Assembly (NCBI GenBank): GCA_028286615.1
Contig: JAQBRG010000003.1
Span: 13,125 to 77,124 of the forward strand
From: Parcubacteria group bacterium
GTDB lineage: Bacteria; Patescibacteriota; Minisyncoccia; Phycocordibacterales; Phycocordibacteraceae
Direction of reading: 5' to 3'
DNA: 64,000 nucleotides
The notes under the pieces are model-generated. The model searched no databases. It was not told the origin of the DNA and saw only the letters and a list, made by a program, of their open reading frames with translations. Numbering within the stretch: the stretch's first letter is position 1; each line of letters opens with the position of its first letter. The position numbers and the translations under genes were made by a program. Below, one piece after another: positions 46,358 to 58,748 of this stretch.

Positions 46358-47335
46358 CTAGAGTGGCTTAGGGTACGCCGGGTAGCGTTCTGGATCGATA
46401 GTGCGAGTAAAGCACTTCTCACCACTTTCATGCTGCCAGTTTTCATCCACACCTCCTATACCGGTTGTGTAGGCAACATCTCGTCCATAAGCTCCCTGGC
46501 CTGCAGTGTCCTTCGTGGGCATGTTAAAGGTTGCGCAGAGACTGAAGGTAGTTGGACCTGTTACTTCATATCGATACGAAGTACCAGATTGAGGGTCGTT
46601 TGGAATGCTGTTTCCTGAGAGAGGGTCAGCAAGTTCGCCCAGAGTCTTCGGAAGAGCTTGTTTCTGCTGCCAGTAATTAACTACCTGGTACTGGATGTTC
46701 TGAAGGTCGCCAACCTTTTGCTCGTCATATCGGAGCGCTCGCATGTCTGTTGGAGTGCCGATGATAAAGAATCCACAGACAATTGAAACAATGGCGAGAA
46801 CGATAACACCCACACCTACGGCATTAGCCCTCTTCCCGTTCTCAATCCAATACCCCTTCATGTCAGCTAGGAAGTGCATGAACACGCCAAGAGCAACAAG
46901 AAGTACTACAGCAACCTTAAGACCAAAGCGTATGGTTATCTCTCCTCCAAGGAAGGTGTTAATGAGTGTAACGAGATCTATAAGGATAGATACCGTAGCA
47001 ATGAAAAGCGTAAGACCGAGTGCCCAACGGCGTATCCAGATATTTGCCTTGCCTGGCTCCTTGTTAATTGAGAGACGGATGAGGTGAAGAAGCACAACCA
47101 TAGTTGGCACAAGCACGATAAGTGCTGCCATAGCGAAACGTACTGAACCTCCATACGGATCTCCGTATGATGCAAGGTTGTCTGGGAACGCGTAATTAAT
47201 GTACTCAAATAAAAGAGTGATAAGGGAGGTAATGCTGCCGTAAAGAGCGATGAGTGCCCCGGCCCAGAGGAAGAAATCTTTAGGAGTAGTGCGAGACGAG
47301 TGCGATACAGGTGCAGCAGCGGGTGTGTTTTCCAT
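46358..47335 (-). CDS. DUF5671-like membrane protein with C-terminal pilin-like domain
   Basis: TTPKDFFLW, several TMs, R...DEQKVGDLQNIQYQV..YW....LP.TL, DPQSG..YRY, FSLCATF. Confidence 0.7.
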   Translation of the reverse strand: MENTPAAAPVSHSSRTTPKDFFLWAGALIALYGSITSLITLLFEYINYAFPDNLASYGDPYGGSVRFAMAALIVLVPTMVVLLHLIRLSINKEPGKANIWIRRWALGLTLFIATVSILIDLVTLINTFLGGEITIRFGLKVAVVLLVALGVFMHFLADMKGYWIENGKRANAVGVGVIVLAIVSIVCGFFIIGTPTDMRALRYDEQKVGDLQNIQYQVVNYWQQKQALPKTLGELADPLSGNSIPNDPQSGTSYRYEVTGPTTFSLCATFNMPTKDTAGQGAYGRDVAYTTGIGGVDENWQHESGEKCFTRTIDPERYPAYPKPL

Positions 47336-47369
47336 ATCGCCGGATTATACCACAAAATAAGAGTGTGGT

Positions 47370-47858
47370 ATGTTCCTTACAGATGAAAGGGGGCCTATAA
47401 TGCTTGGCCGGATTCTAATTGAAAACAAGGACGGTACTCGCTGGATATACGTGCCTGAGGCACACATCCAGTTCTGGGTACCTGCCGGAGGCAGACTTGG
47501 TCTTATTCTATGTGCGTTCAGAACCGACGGGTACCACCGCAACAACGGAAACCCGATCCCGGTAACTCAATGGCTTGAGGAGAATTGCCAGTTCACCACA
47601 AAAGTTGATGTGCCCGACGACATTGTTGAGTTCGCCGTACAAAGTGAGCGAGAACGTCATGAGTCGGTTGAGGGTATCGAGGAATTGTTCCTAGATATGA
47701 TCGATCGCAAGGTTGAACGCCCTTCGCACAAAGACCTTAAGACGCTACTCGAGGTACTTGGAGAAAATACTTCAGACCAAGAGGAGCTTGACCGTATTGA
47801 GTTTGAAATAGCCAAGAGAGCGAAGGCTCTGCTAACTGACAACAGGGGTCTGCAATGA
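47370..47858 (+). CDS. Hypothetical protein
   Basis: 162 aa ORF (start may be ATG 47400); hairpin GGGCCACGAC...GTCGTGGCCC downstream. Confidence 0.55.
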   Translation: MFLTDERGPIMLGRILIENKDGTRWIYVPEAHIQFWVPAGGRLGLILCAFRTDGYHRNNGNPIPVTQWLEENCQFTTKVDVPDDIVEFAVQSERERHESVEGIEELFLDMIDRKVERPSHKDLKTLLEVLGENTSDQEELDRIEFEIAKRAKALLTDNRGLQ

Positions 47859-47929
47859 CTCCTGTTTTGTTCAAATACCATACTGAAACAGCCTGGGCCA
47901 CGACGGAAAAACCTGTCGTGGCCCAAATT

Positions 47930-48265
47930 TTATGCGTGTCCCTGTGAAGGAACGACGCTAAGATATAAAGTTTCTGCAATTTTTGAAGCCTCCTTTATCT
48001 GCTTGCGTGTCATCCCTTTGAGATTGGGTAGGAACACGTAAGAATCTAAATGCGCATAAAAACTCAATGAGTGGTTCTCGATGATGCCTGGCGTGCTTGC
48101 GTATCCATTCTCAACTGCAGCACAGGCTCGATGAAACCTTGTCTGAGCTTCCTTTTCAGTTTCCCCCACAATCATCGAGCCGGGTAACAAAGTTTCGTCA
48201 TGCGCGTAGAACAGGCCATAAGCGCCATGCTCTATTTTCATTTCTAACTCCTGTACAACCTGCAA
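47930..48265 (-). CDS. Hypothetical protein
   Basis: 111 aa ORF downstream of ychF; no family recognised. Confidence 0.45.
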   Translation of the reverse strand: MQVVQELEMKIEHGAYGLFYAHDETLLPGSMIVGETEKEAQTRFHRACAAVENGYASTPGIIENHSLSFYAHLDSYVFLPNLKGMTRKQIKEASKIAETLYLSVVPSQGHA

Positions 48266-48297
48266 TAAGGCTATCAGAGGAGTAGAGTCCGGGCAAT

Positions 48298-49395
48298 CTA
48301 ACTATGTAAGAACACCATCACGTCCCCATCATTCACAATATAGGTCTTCCCTTCAGTACGAATATCTCCCTTGTCTCGAGCCGCGCTCCAAGACCCGTTC
48401 TTGAGGAGAGTATCCCAGCCAACAACTTCGGCACGAATAAACTTATCTTTGAAATCGTTATGTATTGCGGCACCGGCTTCAGGAGCCGCGGCACCGCGCT
48501 TAACAGTCCACGCACGAGATTCTTTGGGACCTGTTGTGAAGAATGTGATGAGGCCTAGGGTTTCGTATGCTCCGCGAATAAGTGCCTCAAGGCCATCTAT
48601 CTGTACTCCTAGTTCTGAACGGAACATACTCTTGTCGTCTTCTGCCACGTCATTTAGTTCGTGTTCGGTACGGGCATCAACCTCTACATACGGAGAACCA
48701 AGAGACTTAACAAGCTCGTACGCTGCGTCAGCTCGTCCATCGTTTGCCTCAGAAAGGTTATGTCCTCCAGACTTTCCATTAAAGGAAAAGAGCATGGGTT
48801 TAAGAGTGAGGAGGTTGAGCGATTTGATTATCTTTGCTTCTTCTTCCGTAAGGTCTGCGGTACGGGCGAGATTGCCTGCAAGAAGAGTATGCTCGATCTT
48901 TGCGAGAACAGCATCCTCAGCAACGGCTTCTTTCTTATTCGAACGCACATCTCCTGAAAGTCGTTCGCGCCTTCCGTTAACAGACTGCTGGTCTGCAAGA
49001 ATAAGCTCGATGTTTATAACTTCAATATCTCGAACTGGATCAACCTCTCCATGTACGTGAATAACATCTGGATCGTCAAAGAATCGAACCATATGAAGAA
49101 TGGCATCAACCTCGCGGATATGTGTAAGGAATTGATTGCCCAGACCCTCTCCCTCAGAAGCACCTTTCACAAGTCCTGCAATGTCTACAAACTCGATAGC
49201 CGCAGGAATGGTCTTCTCAGACTTTGAGAGCTCGGCAAGTTTTGTAAGGCGCTCGTCAGGAACACCGACCACGCCGACAGAGGGGTCTATGGTACAGAAC
49301 GGGTAATTCTCGGCTGGAACCGAGGCTTTGGTGAGTGCATTAAAAAGCGTGGACTTCCCCACGTTTGGCAATCCGACGATTCCTATTTTCAACAT
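48298..49395 (-). CDS. ychF: Redox-regulated ATPase YchF
   Basis: GIVGLPNVGKSTLFNALT, NYPFCTIDP, VDIAGLVKGASEGEGLGNQFL, TGS domain. Confidence 0.97.
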   Translation of the reverse strand: MLKIGIVGLPNVGKSTLFNALTKASVPAENYPFCTIDPSVGVVGVPDERLTKLAELSKSEKTIPAAIEFVDIAGLVKGASEGEGLGNQFLTHIREVDAILHMVRFFDDPDVIHVHGEVDPVRDIEVINIELILADQQSVNGRRERLSGDVRSNKKEAVAEDAVLAKIEHTLLAGNLARTADLTEEEAKIIKSLNLLTLKPMLFSFNGKSGGHNLSEANDGRADAAYELVKSLGSPYVEVDARTEHELNDVAEDDKSMFRSELGVQIDGLEALIRGAYETLGLITFFTTGPKESRAWTVKRGAAAPEAGAAIHNDFKDKFIRAEVVGWDTLLKNGSWSAARDKGDIRTEGKTYIVNDGDVMVFLHS

Positions 49396-49452
49396 ATTCT
49401 TACCCTAACGAATAAAGGACAAAAAGGAAAGGAAACTGTATCAAGCTACTAC

Positions 49453-50037
49453 CTATGCAGCACGCTTAGCGAAATCGCTCACTTTCTTAAGCCATCTAAT
49501 CTTCTTTGGCTCGGGAGTATTCTCAGAGCGTCCAAACGAAGTTACTTGGGTGCGCAGTCCAGCGAATTCTAGGAGTGAGCGCTTTATAGAAGCAGAATAA
49601 TCTCCGAAGGCTAGCCAATCTAGGAATGGAGGATTCCCGCAGGTTATGAATACGTGAGCTGTACGTCCTTTGAGGAGCGCATCCCAGCCAAACTTGTTCT
49701 TCCACATGCGAAAGGCGAAGCGAGGCAGGAACATACGATCCCACATACCTTTAAGCATTGCGGGCATGCCGCCCCACCAGTTTGGATAACAGAGAACAAA
49801 GTGTTCGCTCCAAGAGAGATTCTCCTGAACAGTCTTAAGATCCTGCTCAAGTTCTTGAATTGCTCTATACCCTTTGTGCAAGGTTGGATCAAAAGAGAGA
49901 TCAAAGATGTTTGTGCGACGCACCTCGTGTCCAGCCGCTTTTGCTGCAGCCTCATAGGTATCAGCAATTTGGCGAGACAAGGGTTCGGGACCAGAGTCCG
50001 GATGCCCGAGAAGAATAAATATCTTTTTAGACTTCAT
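49453..50037 (-). CDS. Flavodoxin-like NAD(P)H-dependent oxidoreductase
   Basis: ILLGHPD, YPNWWGGMPAMLKGMWDR, LLKGRTA. Confidence 0.88.
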   Translation of the reverse strand: MKSKKIFILLGHPDSGPEPLSRQIADTYEAAAKAAGHEVRRTNIFDLSFDPTLHKGYRAIQELEQDLKTVQENLSWSEHFVLCYPNWWGGMPAMLKGMWDRMFLPRFAFRMWKNKFGWDALLKGRTAHVFITCGNPPFLDWLAFGDYSASIKRSLLEFAGLRTQVTSFGRSENTPEPKKIRWLKKVSDFAKRAA

Positions 50038-50038
50038 A

Positions 50039-50269
50039 TTACTTCTGCATCAAAGATGCGAGTTCGGTACGGTACTTCTTCATAACCTCCATAGTTGCCT
50101 TCATCTGAGGTTCCCCTCCCTTGGTTCTGCGTTCAACTTCTTCGCCTATTTTCTTAAAGAGTTCTGGGTCTTTTTGTACTAGCGTCATTATCTGTTCACG
50201 CTGCTCCTCAGGAACATCTTTCATCTTCCACTTCATAGCCTGCTTGAGCAGGAAATCTTGAATAGCCAT
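50039..50269 (-). CDS. Small conserved hypothetical helical protein
   Basis: 76 aa; TATAAT 8 nt before the ATG; stop 1 nt from the next start. Confidence 0.7.
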   Translation of the reverse strand: MAIQDFLLKQAMKWKMKDVPEEQREQIMTLVQKDPELFKKIGEEVERRTKGGEPQMKATMEVMKKYRTELASLMQK

Positions 50270-50351
50270 ATAAATAGATTATATCATTTGTATATAACAA
50301 CAGCCTGTCTCAAGGAAAGACAGACTGTTGAGTGCAAATTGACCTAGCTTA

Positions 50352-50596
50352 TTATAGGAGCACGGTTGTCTGGTTTCCAGACACTTCAGCAATGCCTCCC
50401 TCGATAGCGATTGTGGTGTCTTCGCCTTCTAGAGATTTAATACGTGCCTCTCCAACTCGTAGAGGAGTTACAAAAGCTTCATGTCCACTCATAACCGTAA
50501 ACACACCCTCCGCCCCGGGAAGCGTTACAGAAAGAGCCTCTCCGTCAAAGAGATTCTCGCCAATCTTTGCAATGGTTAAGTGGAAGGTCTTTGCCA

Positions 50597-50597
<1 letters not shown>
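50352..50597 (-). CDS. atpC: ATP synthase epsilon subunit (beta-sandwich only)
   Basis: VTLPGAEGVFTVMSGHEAFVTPL, IEGGIAEV; last gene of the operon. Confidence 0.9.
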
Positions 50598-51982
<1,385 letters not shown>

Positions 51983-52891
51983 CTACGTTGCTAATGCTTC
52001 CCTTCCGCTCACGATCTCAGACACTTCTCTTGTAATAGCGGCCTGACGAACCTTGTTATACACACGCGTCAGATCCTCAGTAACCTTCTTTGAGTTGTCT
52101 GATGCATTCTTCATGGCAACCATACGTGCCGAATGCTCAGACGCCTTGGCTTCTAGCAGCATATGGTAAAGAGCTACAGACACAAGTCGGGGTACCAAAA
52201 TACCAAGCACGTCGTCGTCTCCCGGCTCAACCTCGTATGCAGCAGGTGCCTCTCCCTCCTCTATCTCGCTCCACTTTCCTTTTACAGGAATAATACCGCC
52301 AACAATATCCTTAAGTGCAGGAAGAGAGAGCGGAAGCAGACGACGCATGGTTGGAATCTGCTCGAAGGTAGACTTGAAGTTGCTGTATACCGCTACAACC
52401 TTATTAAATTCCTTTGAAAGGAATCCCTCGGTTATCTCAGCAGTTATTTCTTCCATAACTGAAAGCGTTACATCGTCACTCTTGTTCTCAATTGCCTTGC
52501 GTACTTCATACTCCCGGCGCTTGAAGAATTCTTCTCCTTTCTTGCCGTACGCGAAGATAACAACGTCTTCTTTGTTACGTCCTTCGATTGCTTCAACAGC
52601 TCGTTTAATAACTCCTGAGTTAAGAGCTCCCGCAAGTCCCTTGTCGCTTGTTATAACAACAAGAGCGAGCTTGCCGTTCTCGCGGTGCTCGGCAAGAGGA
52701 TGTCCCGTACCATGCTTAGTCGCAGAAAGACGAGAAAGAATGGAGATGGCGGCACGAGCATACGAGCGCCCAGCAAAGGCGGTAATCTGTGTCTTACGCA
52801 TCTTAACGGCAGACACCGCTTCCATGGCGCGTGTCACTTTGTGCATGCGCTCAGTTGCCTTGATCTTCGTTTTGATATCTTTAAGTGCCAT
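51983..52891 (-). CDS. atpG: ATP synthase gamma subunit
   Basis: VTRAMEAVSAVK, SDKGLAG, SEHSARMVAMKNASDN, RQAAITRE. Confidence 0.97.
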   Translation of the reverse strand: MALKDIKTKIKATERMHKVTRAMEAVSAVKMRKTQITAFAGRSYARAAISILSRLSATKHGTGHPLAEHRENGKLALVVITSDKGLAGALNSGVIKRAVEAIEGRNKEDVVIFAYGKKGEEFFKRREYEVRKAIENKSDDVTLSVMEEITAEITEGFLSKEFNKVVAVYSNFKSTFEQIPTMRRLLPLSLPALKDIVGGIIPVKGKWSEIEEGEAPAAYEVEPGDDDVLGILVPRLVSVALYHMLLEAKASEHSARMVAMKNASDNSKKVTEDLTRVYNKVRQAAITREVSEIVSGREALAT

Positions 52892-52893
52892 AG

Positions 52894-53229
52894 CTATTTC
52901 TTTTCAGCAACGATATATCTGCATCCCTCTAGTCCAACTTTCGCTGAGTGCAGGATATGTGCAGGTATAAGTATCGAGTCTCCTTTTTCTAGAACTGAGT
53001 TCCTTCCATCCATATCTATATCAATTCTTCCATCAAGAATCTTGAGAAGTGTTTCGTGCTCATCCACATGCATAGGGTCTTCTTCGTTGGGAACAGCGTC
53101 CCAGATAAAAACATTCCCATACTCATCTCCGAAGCGATTCATCTCTGTTTTCTCCTCAGGACGTGCTTCGGAAATCCCGCCTTGCTGAGGTTCTGGTACT
53201 TGTTCTAGTTTTCGAAGGCCTTCGCTCAT
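52894..53229 (-). CDS. Cupin domain protein inserted in the atp operon
   Basis: MHVDEHET...ILDG.I, GDSILIPAHILHSA cupin motifs. Confidence 0.8.
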   Translation of the reverse strand: MSEGLRKLEQVPEPQQGGISEARPEEKTEMNRFGDEYGNVFIWDAVPNEEDPMHVDEHETLLKILDGRIDIDMDGRNSVLEKGDSILIPAHILHSAKVGLEGCRYIVAEKK

Positions 53230-53234
53230 GGTTC

Positions 53235-54788
53235 TTATTCAGCAGTACGCTCAACAAACTTCTCAAGCACAGCACGAAGGTCCTTCTCGGTTGATTCTCC
53301 AATCTCTCGAGTTGTACGAATAGCAGCGAGTACGCCAACCGCCTCTCGATTAAGGAAGTCCTGAAGACGTTCCTCAGCTGCGGCAGTTTCCATAGGCGCG
53401 AACGTGTCGAAGTATCCGTTCACCGCGGCGAAGATCACAGCTGCTTCCATCTCGAACGCGAGCGGCTTGCCATTAGGCTGCTTGAGCATCTCTGTCATGC
53501 GCTGTCCGCTATCAATCTGCTTCTTGGTGTTCGCATCGAGATCTGAAGAAAACTGCATGAAGGCTTCGAGTTCACGGAACTGAGCAAGCTCGAGCTTAAT
53601 CTTTCCAGACACTTTCTTCATGGCCTTGGTCTGTGCGGCAGAACCCACGCGAGACACCGACACACCTACGTTAATAGCGGGGCGAAGACCTTTGTTGAAG
53701 AGATCGGTCTCAAGGAAGATCTGTCCGTCCGTAATAGAAATTACGTTCGTTGGAATGTAGGCAGAAATGTCATTCTCCTGCGTCTCGATAATAGGAAGTG
53801 CGGTTATAGAACCTCCACCCTTTTCCTTAGAAAGTTTTGCAGCACGCTCAAGAAGACGTGAGTGCAAGTAGAACACGTCTCCAGGGTATGCTTCGCGGCC
53901 TGGTGGGCGACGAAGAAGAAGAGACATCTGACGGTATGCAACGGCCTGCTTTGAAAGATCGTCGTATACAACGAGCACGTCCTTACCTTGCTCCATGAAA
54001 TGCTCGGCGATAGCAGCCCCTGCAAACGGTGCGAGGAACTGAATAGCAGCAGGAGCAGATGCAGGAGCGGTTACCACAATGGTGTAGTCCATAGCACCCG
54101 CTTCAGTGAGCTGGCCTACAATACGTGCAGTCTTACTCTCCTTCTGTCCAATAGCTACGTATACACAAATAGGACGGGTCTTAGAGTCTTCAGACTTCTG
54201 GTTGAGGATGGTGTCGATAGCAACCGTAGTCTTTCCTGTGCCACGGTCTCCAATGATGAGCTGGCGCTGTCCACGACCAATCGGTGTCATGGCATCGATT
54301 GCCTTGATACCAGTGTGAAGCGGCGTGTTAACAGGAGAGCGATCCATAACGCCGTATGCCTCGCTTTCAATAGGACGCATGGTTGAAGCGCCTGTTGGTC
54401 CTTTGCCGTCAACAGCTTCTCCAAGCGGATTAAGTACGCGACCAACGAGTGAGTCTCCTACGGGGATGGAAAGTAGGCGACCAAGACGACGCACGAGCAT
54501 TCCTTCATATACTTTTGAAGAATCTCCAAGAATAACGGCACGAACACCGTCCTCTTCGAGGTTAAGCACGAGACCATATACAGGAGCAGCATCCTTAAGC
54601 GCTTCTTCAAGAGAACGGTCGAATGTTGGATCGAAGAGCACCATCTCCGTCATGATCGCGCCTTCAAGGCCGTCGATCTCTGCGATACCGTCACCGGTTG
54701 CGCGTACGATGCCTGTTTCAGCAGCGTTCTCTTTCGCGGGACTGAATCCTGCGATCTCGTTCTCGATACGTTTGATGATGCTCTCCAT
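53235..54788 (-). CDS. atpA: ATP synthase alpha subunit
   Basis: [31 protein letters not shown]; start re-placed at MESIIKR. Confidence 0.98.
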   Translation of the reverse strand: MESIIKRIENEIAGFSPAKENAAETGIVRATGDGIAEIDGLEGAIMTEMVLFDPTFDRSLEEALKDAAPVYGLVLNLEEDGVRAVILGDSSKVYEGMLVRRLGRLLSIPVGDSLVGRVLNPLGEAVDGKGPTGASTMRPIESEAYGVMDRSPVNTPLHTGIKAIDAMTPIGRGQRQLIIGDRGTGKTTVAIDTILNQKSEDSKTRPICVYVAIGQKESKTARIVGQLTEAGAMDYTIVVTAPASAPAAIQFLAPFAGAAIAEHFMEQGKDVLVVYDDLSKQAVAYRQMSLLLRRPPGREAYPGDVFYLHSRLLERAAKLSKEKGGGSITALPIIETQENDISAYIPTNVISITDGQIFLETDLFNKGLRPAINVGVSVSRVGSAAQTKAMKKVSGKIKLELAQFRELEAFMQFSSDLDANTKKQIDSGQRMTEMLKQPNGKPLAFEMEAAVIFAAVNGYFDTFAPMETAAAEERLQDFLNREAVGVLAAIRTTREIGESTEKDLRAVLEKFVERTAE

Positions 54789-54790
54789 AC

Positions 54791-55156
54791 TTAGTTCGTA
54801 ATCTTCTGGTAAATCTGAATAAGGGTGCTCTTGGCGGAATGGTCTATAAGCTTGCTTCCTGTACGTGCTCGCCAACCACGTAACAGGCTAGGGTTCACCG
54901 TTACTTCTTCTGCTTCAATGCCGGCTAGAGAAGCTGCTTTTCGCGCATGAGCTTTCTCAGCATCGCTTGCAACCTCAAGAGTTGGTGCGAGTTTCTTTGT
55001 GCGTGCTTCCTCATGCTTCAGTTGTCGCAATATGCCCGGAAGCAATTTGATACGTCCCTCGGCTTTCAAGTGCGCGACAAGCGAATCAGCAAGAATCTTC
55101 TGGTTTTCACCTTTCTTCGATAGCTCGATTATTGCCTGTGCGTACTCTTTTTCCAT
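54791..55156 (-). CDS. atpH: ATP synthase delta subunit (short)
   Basis: [20 protein letters not shown]; position in the operon. Confidence 0.85.
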   Translation of the reverse strand: MEKEYAQAIIELSKKGENQKILADSLVAHLKAEGRIKLLPGILRQLKHEEARTKKLAPTLEVASDAEKAHARKAASLAGIEAEEVTVNPSLLRGWRARTGSKLIDHSAKSTLIQIYQKITN

Positions 55157-55160
55157 GAGA

Positions 55161-55610
55161 CTATGCCTTGCCCTCCTCTACTGCTTTTCCTGCGGCAAGA
55201 ATAGCAAGACGTGCAATCTCGTTCTCGCTGTCTCGAAGTATCTTTGCCGCTGTTTCTTTTGCGCGGGCATCTGCATCTGCGGCAATTGCTGCAGAACGCG
55301 CTTCGGCTTCTTTAACAATGCGAGACTTCTCAGCGGTTGCCGCGTCACGAGCTGAGGCAACGATGCCTTCAGCTTCAGTTTCTGCGCCCTTAACAACTGT
55401 TGAAGCTTCTTCGTCTGCGCTTGCGAGCTTCTTGGTTGCCTCTTCAGCATCAAGGACTCCCTGCGCAACCTTTCGGCGTCGCTCGTCCATTGTTTTCATA
55501 ACCGGCTTATACAAAAGCCAGGTTAGGGCAACAAAGAGTATGCCGAAGTTAATAAGCTGCGCGAGAAGCAGCTTGCCGTTAATACCGAAGGCTTCGAAAA
55601 GTTGGTCCAT
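55161..55610 (-). CDS. atpF: ATP synthase b subunit
   Basis: AQLINFGIL..LYKPV...DERR followed by a coiled coil. Confidence 0.93.
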   Translation of the reverse strand: MDQLFEAFGINGKLLLAQLINFGILFVALTWLLYKPVMKTMDERRRKVAQGVLDAEEATKKLASADEEASTVVKGAETEAEGIVASARDAATAEKSRIVKEAEARSAAIAADADARAKETAAKILRDSENEIARLAILAAGKAVEEGKA

Positions 55611-55631
55611 AGATAAGGCCCGTGTGGCTGG

Positions 55632-55883
<252 letters not shown>

Positions 55884-55921
55884 TTATTAATGCTCCATCC
55901 CGGAGCCACATCGAAACAAGG

Positions 55922-56680
55922 CTAATGCGCCTCGTTCCCATGCGGTTCCATGACGGCGAGCTTGATGAAGAACAGAGTCAACATCGCGAACACTACGGCC
56001 TGAATGAACCCAACAAAGACCTCAAAGGCCATAAGGGGTACCGGCAGCAGGTACGCGAAGAAGAACCCTGCAACCAGGATCATCACCTCGCCAGCAAAAA
56101 TGTTTCCGAAGAGACGGAACGAGAAGGAGATGAGACGACCCAGGTTCGAAATGATCTCAATGAGACCAACCACGAAGTTAACCGGTGAGCTAAAATTAAC
56201 ATATTTCCCGGCGTATTTAAAGAAACCGAGGACTACGATTCCTGTCACCTCAATCGTTATGAACGCGATAATAGCTAGAGCTAGAGTCATGTTGAGGTCT
56301 GCCGCAGGCGCGCGAAGAAGCGGTACTAATTCCTCTCCATTGTTGAAGAGCACAGAGCCAACTCCCGGTATGAATGCCATCTCGTTAGCAACCAAGACGA
56401 AGAGGAAGATCGTCATGATGAGCGGGAAGAACTTGCGAGCGAGCTTCTCGTTCTCAAGTGTTTCAGTCATGTATCCGAGCACCCCTTCAAATAGCCACTC
56501 AACCGCAGCCTGGAACTTGCCGGGGATAAGGGCGAGCTTCTGGCGGAAAAAGAAGGCGAATCCAATCAATACCACAAGAACAATCCACGTCATGAGGAGA
56601 GAATTGGTAATAGGAAGACCCAGGAAGGTTCCTAGTTGTTCAGCCTTAAGCACCACGTGAATACCGCTTTCGTGCTCCAT
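55922..56680 (-). CDS. atpB: ATP synthase a subunit
   Basis: ISFSFRLFGNIFAGE, FEVFVGFIQAVVF. Confidence 0.96.
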   Translation of the reverse strand: MEHESGIHVVLKAEQLGTFLGLPITNSLLMTWIVLVVLIGFAFFFRQKLALIPGKFQAAVEWLFEGVLGYMTETLENEKLARKFFPLIMTIFLFVLVANEMAFIPGVGSVLFNNGEELVPLLRAPAADLNMTLALAIIAFITIEVTGIVVLGFFKYAGKYVNFSSPVNFVVGLIEIISNLGRLISFSFRLFGNIFAGEVMILVAGFFFAYLLPVPLMAFEVFVGFIQAVVFAMLTLFFIKLAVMEPHGNEAH

Positions 56681-56813
56681 ATCTATACGAAAAATAGACC
56701 CCTGTGGGCCATACCCTTATGCATTACTAGCATTCTACCAGAGCCTGGAGATTGGGTAAATGTAAAGGCTCCGTGGGAGACAGAGTCTCTACACGGAGCC
56801 TTATGGGCCCGCT

Positions 56814-56999
56814 TTACTGTTTAAGCGAATTAATTGAGTCAAGCAAATGCTTGCCGGTCCACATGATGGTATAACACACGGCCAACAGACCGAAGCTCGC
56901 TGCAACACCCAAGGGTATATTGTTATGCGTTCCAACAGTAACAAGAGCCCCTACGACTGAAAGGTATATAACTATTATTCCAATCTGAATGGTATTCAT
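56814..56999 (-). CDS. Small 2-TM hypothetical protein
   Basis: 61 aa with two hydrophobic segments; GGAG RBS. Confidence 0.5.
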   Translation of the reverse strand: MNTIQIGIIVIYLSVVGALVTVGTHNNIPLGVAASFGLLAVCYTIMWTGKHLLDSINSLKQ

Positions 57000-57069
57000 T
57001 TAGCCACTCCATCTCTTTAGAATGAATCCTAAGAAAACAATAGCAGATTTATTATAAATTGTCAATACT

Positions 57070-57588
57070 CTACTTCCCTTCCTTCAACGCCTCCAAATCT
57101 GCCAGCACCCTCTGCACATCCTTGCTCAACTGCTCAAGAGCTTCAACCTTGGTTAACTTCTTCGCTGCCTTGTCTGCAGCAAGTGTAGCGGTCTCCTCCT
57201 CGCTCAGTTCCTCCACATCCTCCTGAATCTCGTCGATGTCCTCGGAGATCTCTTCAATATCCTCTTGAATCTCTCCCATATCCTCTCCAAGCTCTTCAAC
57301 GTCTTCCTGAATCTCGTCGATGTCCTCCTCAACCTCGCGCAAACTCTCCGTATGTCGGTTAACGGTTATCTGAATGAAGATGGCTAGATAGATCGCTTCA
57401 AGAGAAAGAATGGTTGTAAGGATAAGGAGCATCAAAGACCATTCCAATATTCCAAAGAGAGCAAGCGAGAAGAACGCCGCAAATGCGACGGTATGAATGA
57501 GAAGCGACTGAACTGAACCTATTGAGGCGATAACGCGCTCTATGGCCGTCGGGTCGATAGTTGCTTTGGGCTTCTTATCGCGCGGCAT
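57070..57588 (-). CDS. DUF1003-like membrane protein with acidic heptad-repeat coiled coil
   Basis: IGSVQSLLIHT, LTTILSLEAIYLAIFIQITVNR; EDIDEIQEDVEEL repeats. Confidence 0.7.
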   Translation of the reverse strand: MPRDKKPKATIDPTAIERVIASIGSVQSLLIHTVAFAAFFSLALFGILEWSLMLLILTTILSLEAIYLAIFIQITVNRHTESLREVEEDIDEIQEDVEELGEDMGEIQEDIEEISEDIDEIQEDVEELSEEETATLAADKAAKKLTKVEALEQLSKDVQRVLADLEALKEGK

Positions 57589-57709
57589 ATCTTCTGACCC
57601 TACCACTGTTGTCCTTGGAGTGTCCACCAATTACTCACACCATGCGGTGCATATCCTTTCATTTCACTTTATACTATTAGTAGTGCCCAACAATCTCCCC
57701 ACGACACTA

Positions 57710-58741
57710 ATGCCGCATCCGCGGTACCCGAAGAAGAAACCGTTTGCAAAAGCTGCAACGAGTCTTAAGACGTACTCGCCACTTGTTGGTGCCGTTGCTG
57801 TGCTCGCTATCTCTTTCTTCTCTCTCCCAAGCATTGTTGCCATGGACATCGAGCATGAGGCGGAGAAAGCATCAAAGCCCGCGTTCCCCGTGAGCGTTGA
57901 TCCACTTCACAAGTTAATAACCGAGAGTCCTGAGGTTGAGGCCTTGCTTGCAGACGACACCGCTCTTTCTGCTTCAGCTATTAATGCTGGGAGCATTCTT
58001 TCTTGGATAGCGAGTGCCATTTCCCTTTCCCCTGCGTATAAGCAAGTTGCAGGAAGCGATACTGCAATTGTAACTATCAAGCCAGGGTATAGAGAGGAGG
58101 AAGTTGCTCAAGCGTTTGGAAGCGCGCTTGGCTGGACTGCTGCTGAGAAGAAGTCTTTCCTTGATCAAGTACACAGCACGCCCCCCAGCCTTTCTGAAGG
58201 AGAGTTTGTTCCAGGTTCGTATGTTGTTGAAGGGCTCGCATCAGCTGAAGACATACAGGCAATTCTTAACGAACGATTCTCAAAAGATATTCTTGCTCGC
58301 TATGGCACAACGACAGAAGCAGTGCTTCCGCTTGAAGACGCTCTGACTATTGCTTCCATGCTTGAACGCGAGACACGAAACCCAGCTGAGATGCGTCTTA
58401 TATCTGGCATCATCTGGAACCGTCTATGGAGCGGCATGAACCTGCAGATAGATGCAACGCTTCAGTACGCCAAAGCAACCCAAACAACCTCTAAGAGTTG
58501 GTGGCCTAAGGTGGTGCCAGACGACAAGTACGTAAAGTCTCCGTACAACACCTATAAATACAAAGGTCTTCCTCCAGGACCTATATCAAACCCCTCAACA
58601 GCCGCTCTTCTGGCAGCTCTCAATCCAAAGGCAACGGACTGTATCTTTTACTTCCACGACAAGAACGGACACTTCACCTGCTCCAAGACGTACAAGGAAC
58701 ACGTAGCCGCCCTCAAGAAAGCGTACGGACAAGGAAAGTAG
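57710..58741 (+). CDS. mltG: Endolytic transglycosylase MltG (YceG)
   Basis: IASMLERE, NRL..GM.LQIDAT, SPYNTY..KGLPPGPISNP. Confidence 0.92.
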   Translation: MPHPRYPKKKPFAKAATSLKTYSPLVGAVAVLAISFFSLPSIVAMDIEHEAEKASKPAFPVSVDPLHKLITESPEVEALLADDTALSASAINAGSILSWIASAISLSPAYKQVAGSDTAIVTIKPGYREEEVAQAFGSALGWTAAEKKSFLDQVHSTPPSLSEGEFVPGSYVVEGLASAEDIQAILNERFSKDILARYGTTTEAVLPLEDALTIASMLERETRNPAEMRLISGIIWNRLWSGMNLQIDATLQYAKATQTTSKSWWPKVVPDDKYVKSPYNTYKYKGLPPGPISNPSTAALLAALNPKATDCIFYFHDKNGHFTCSKTYKEHVAALKKAYGQGK

Positions 58742-58748
58742 CGGAGAG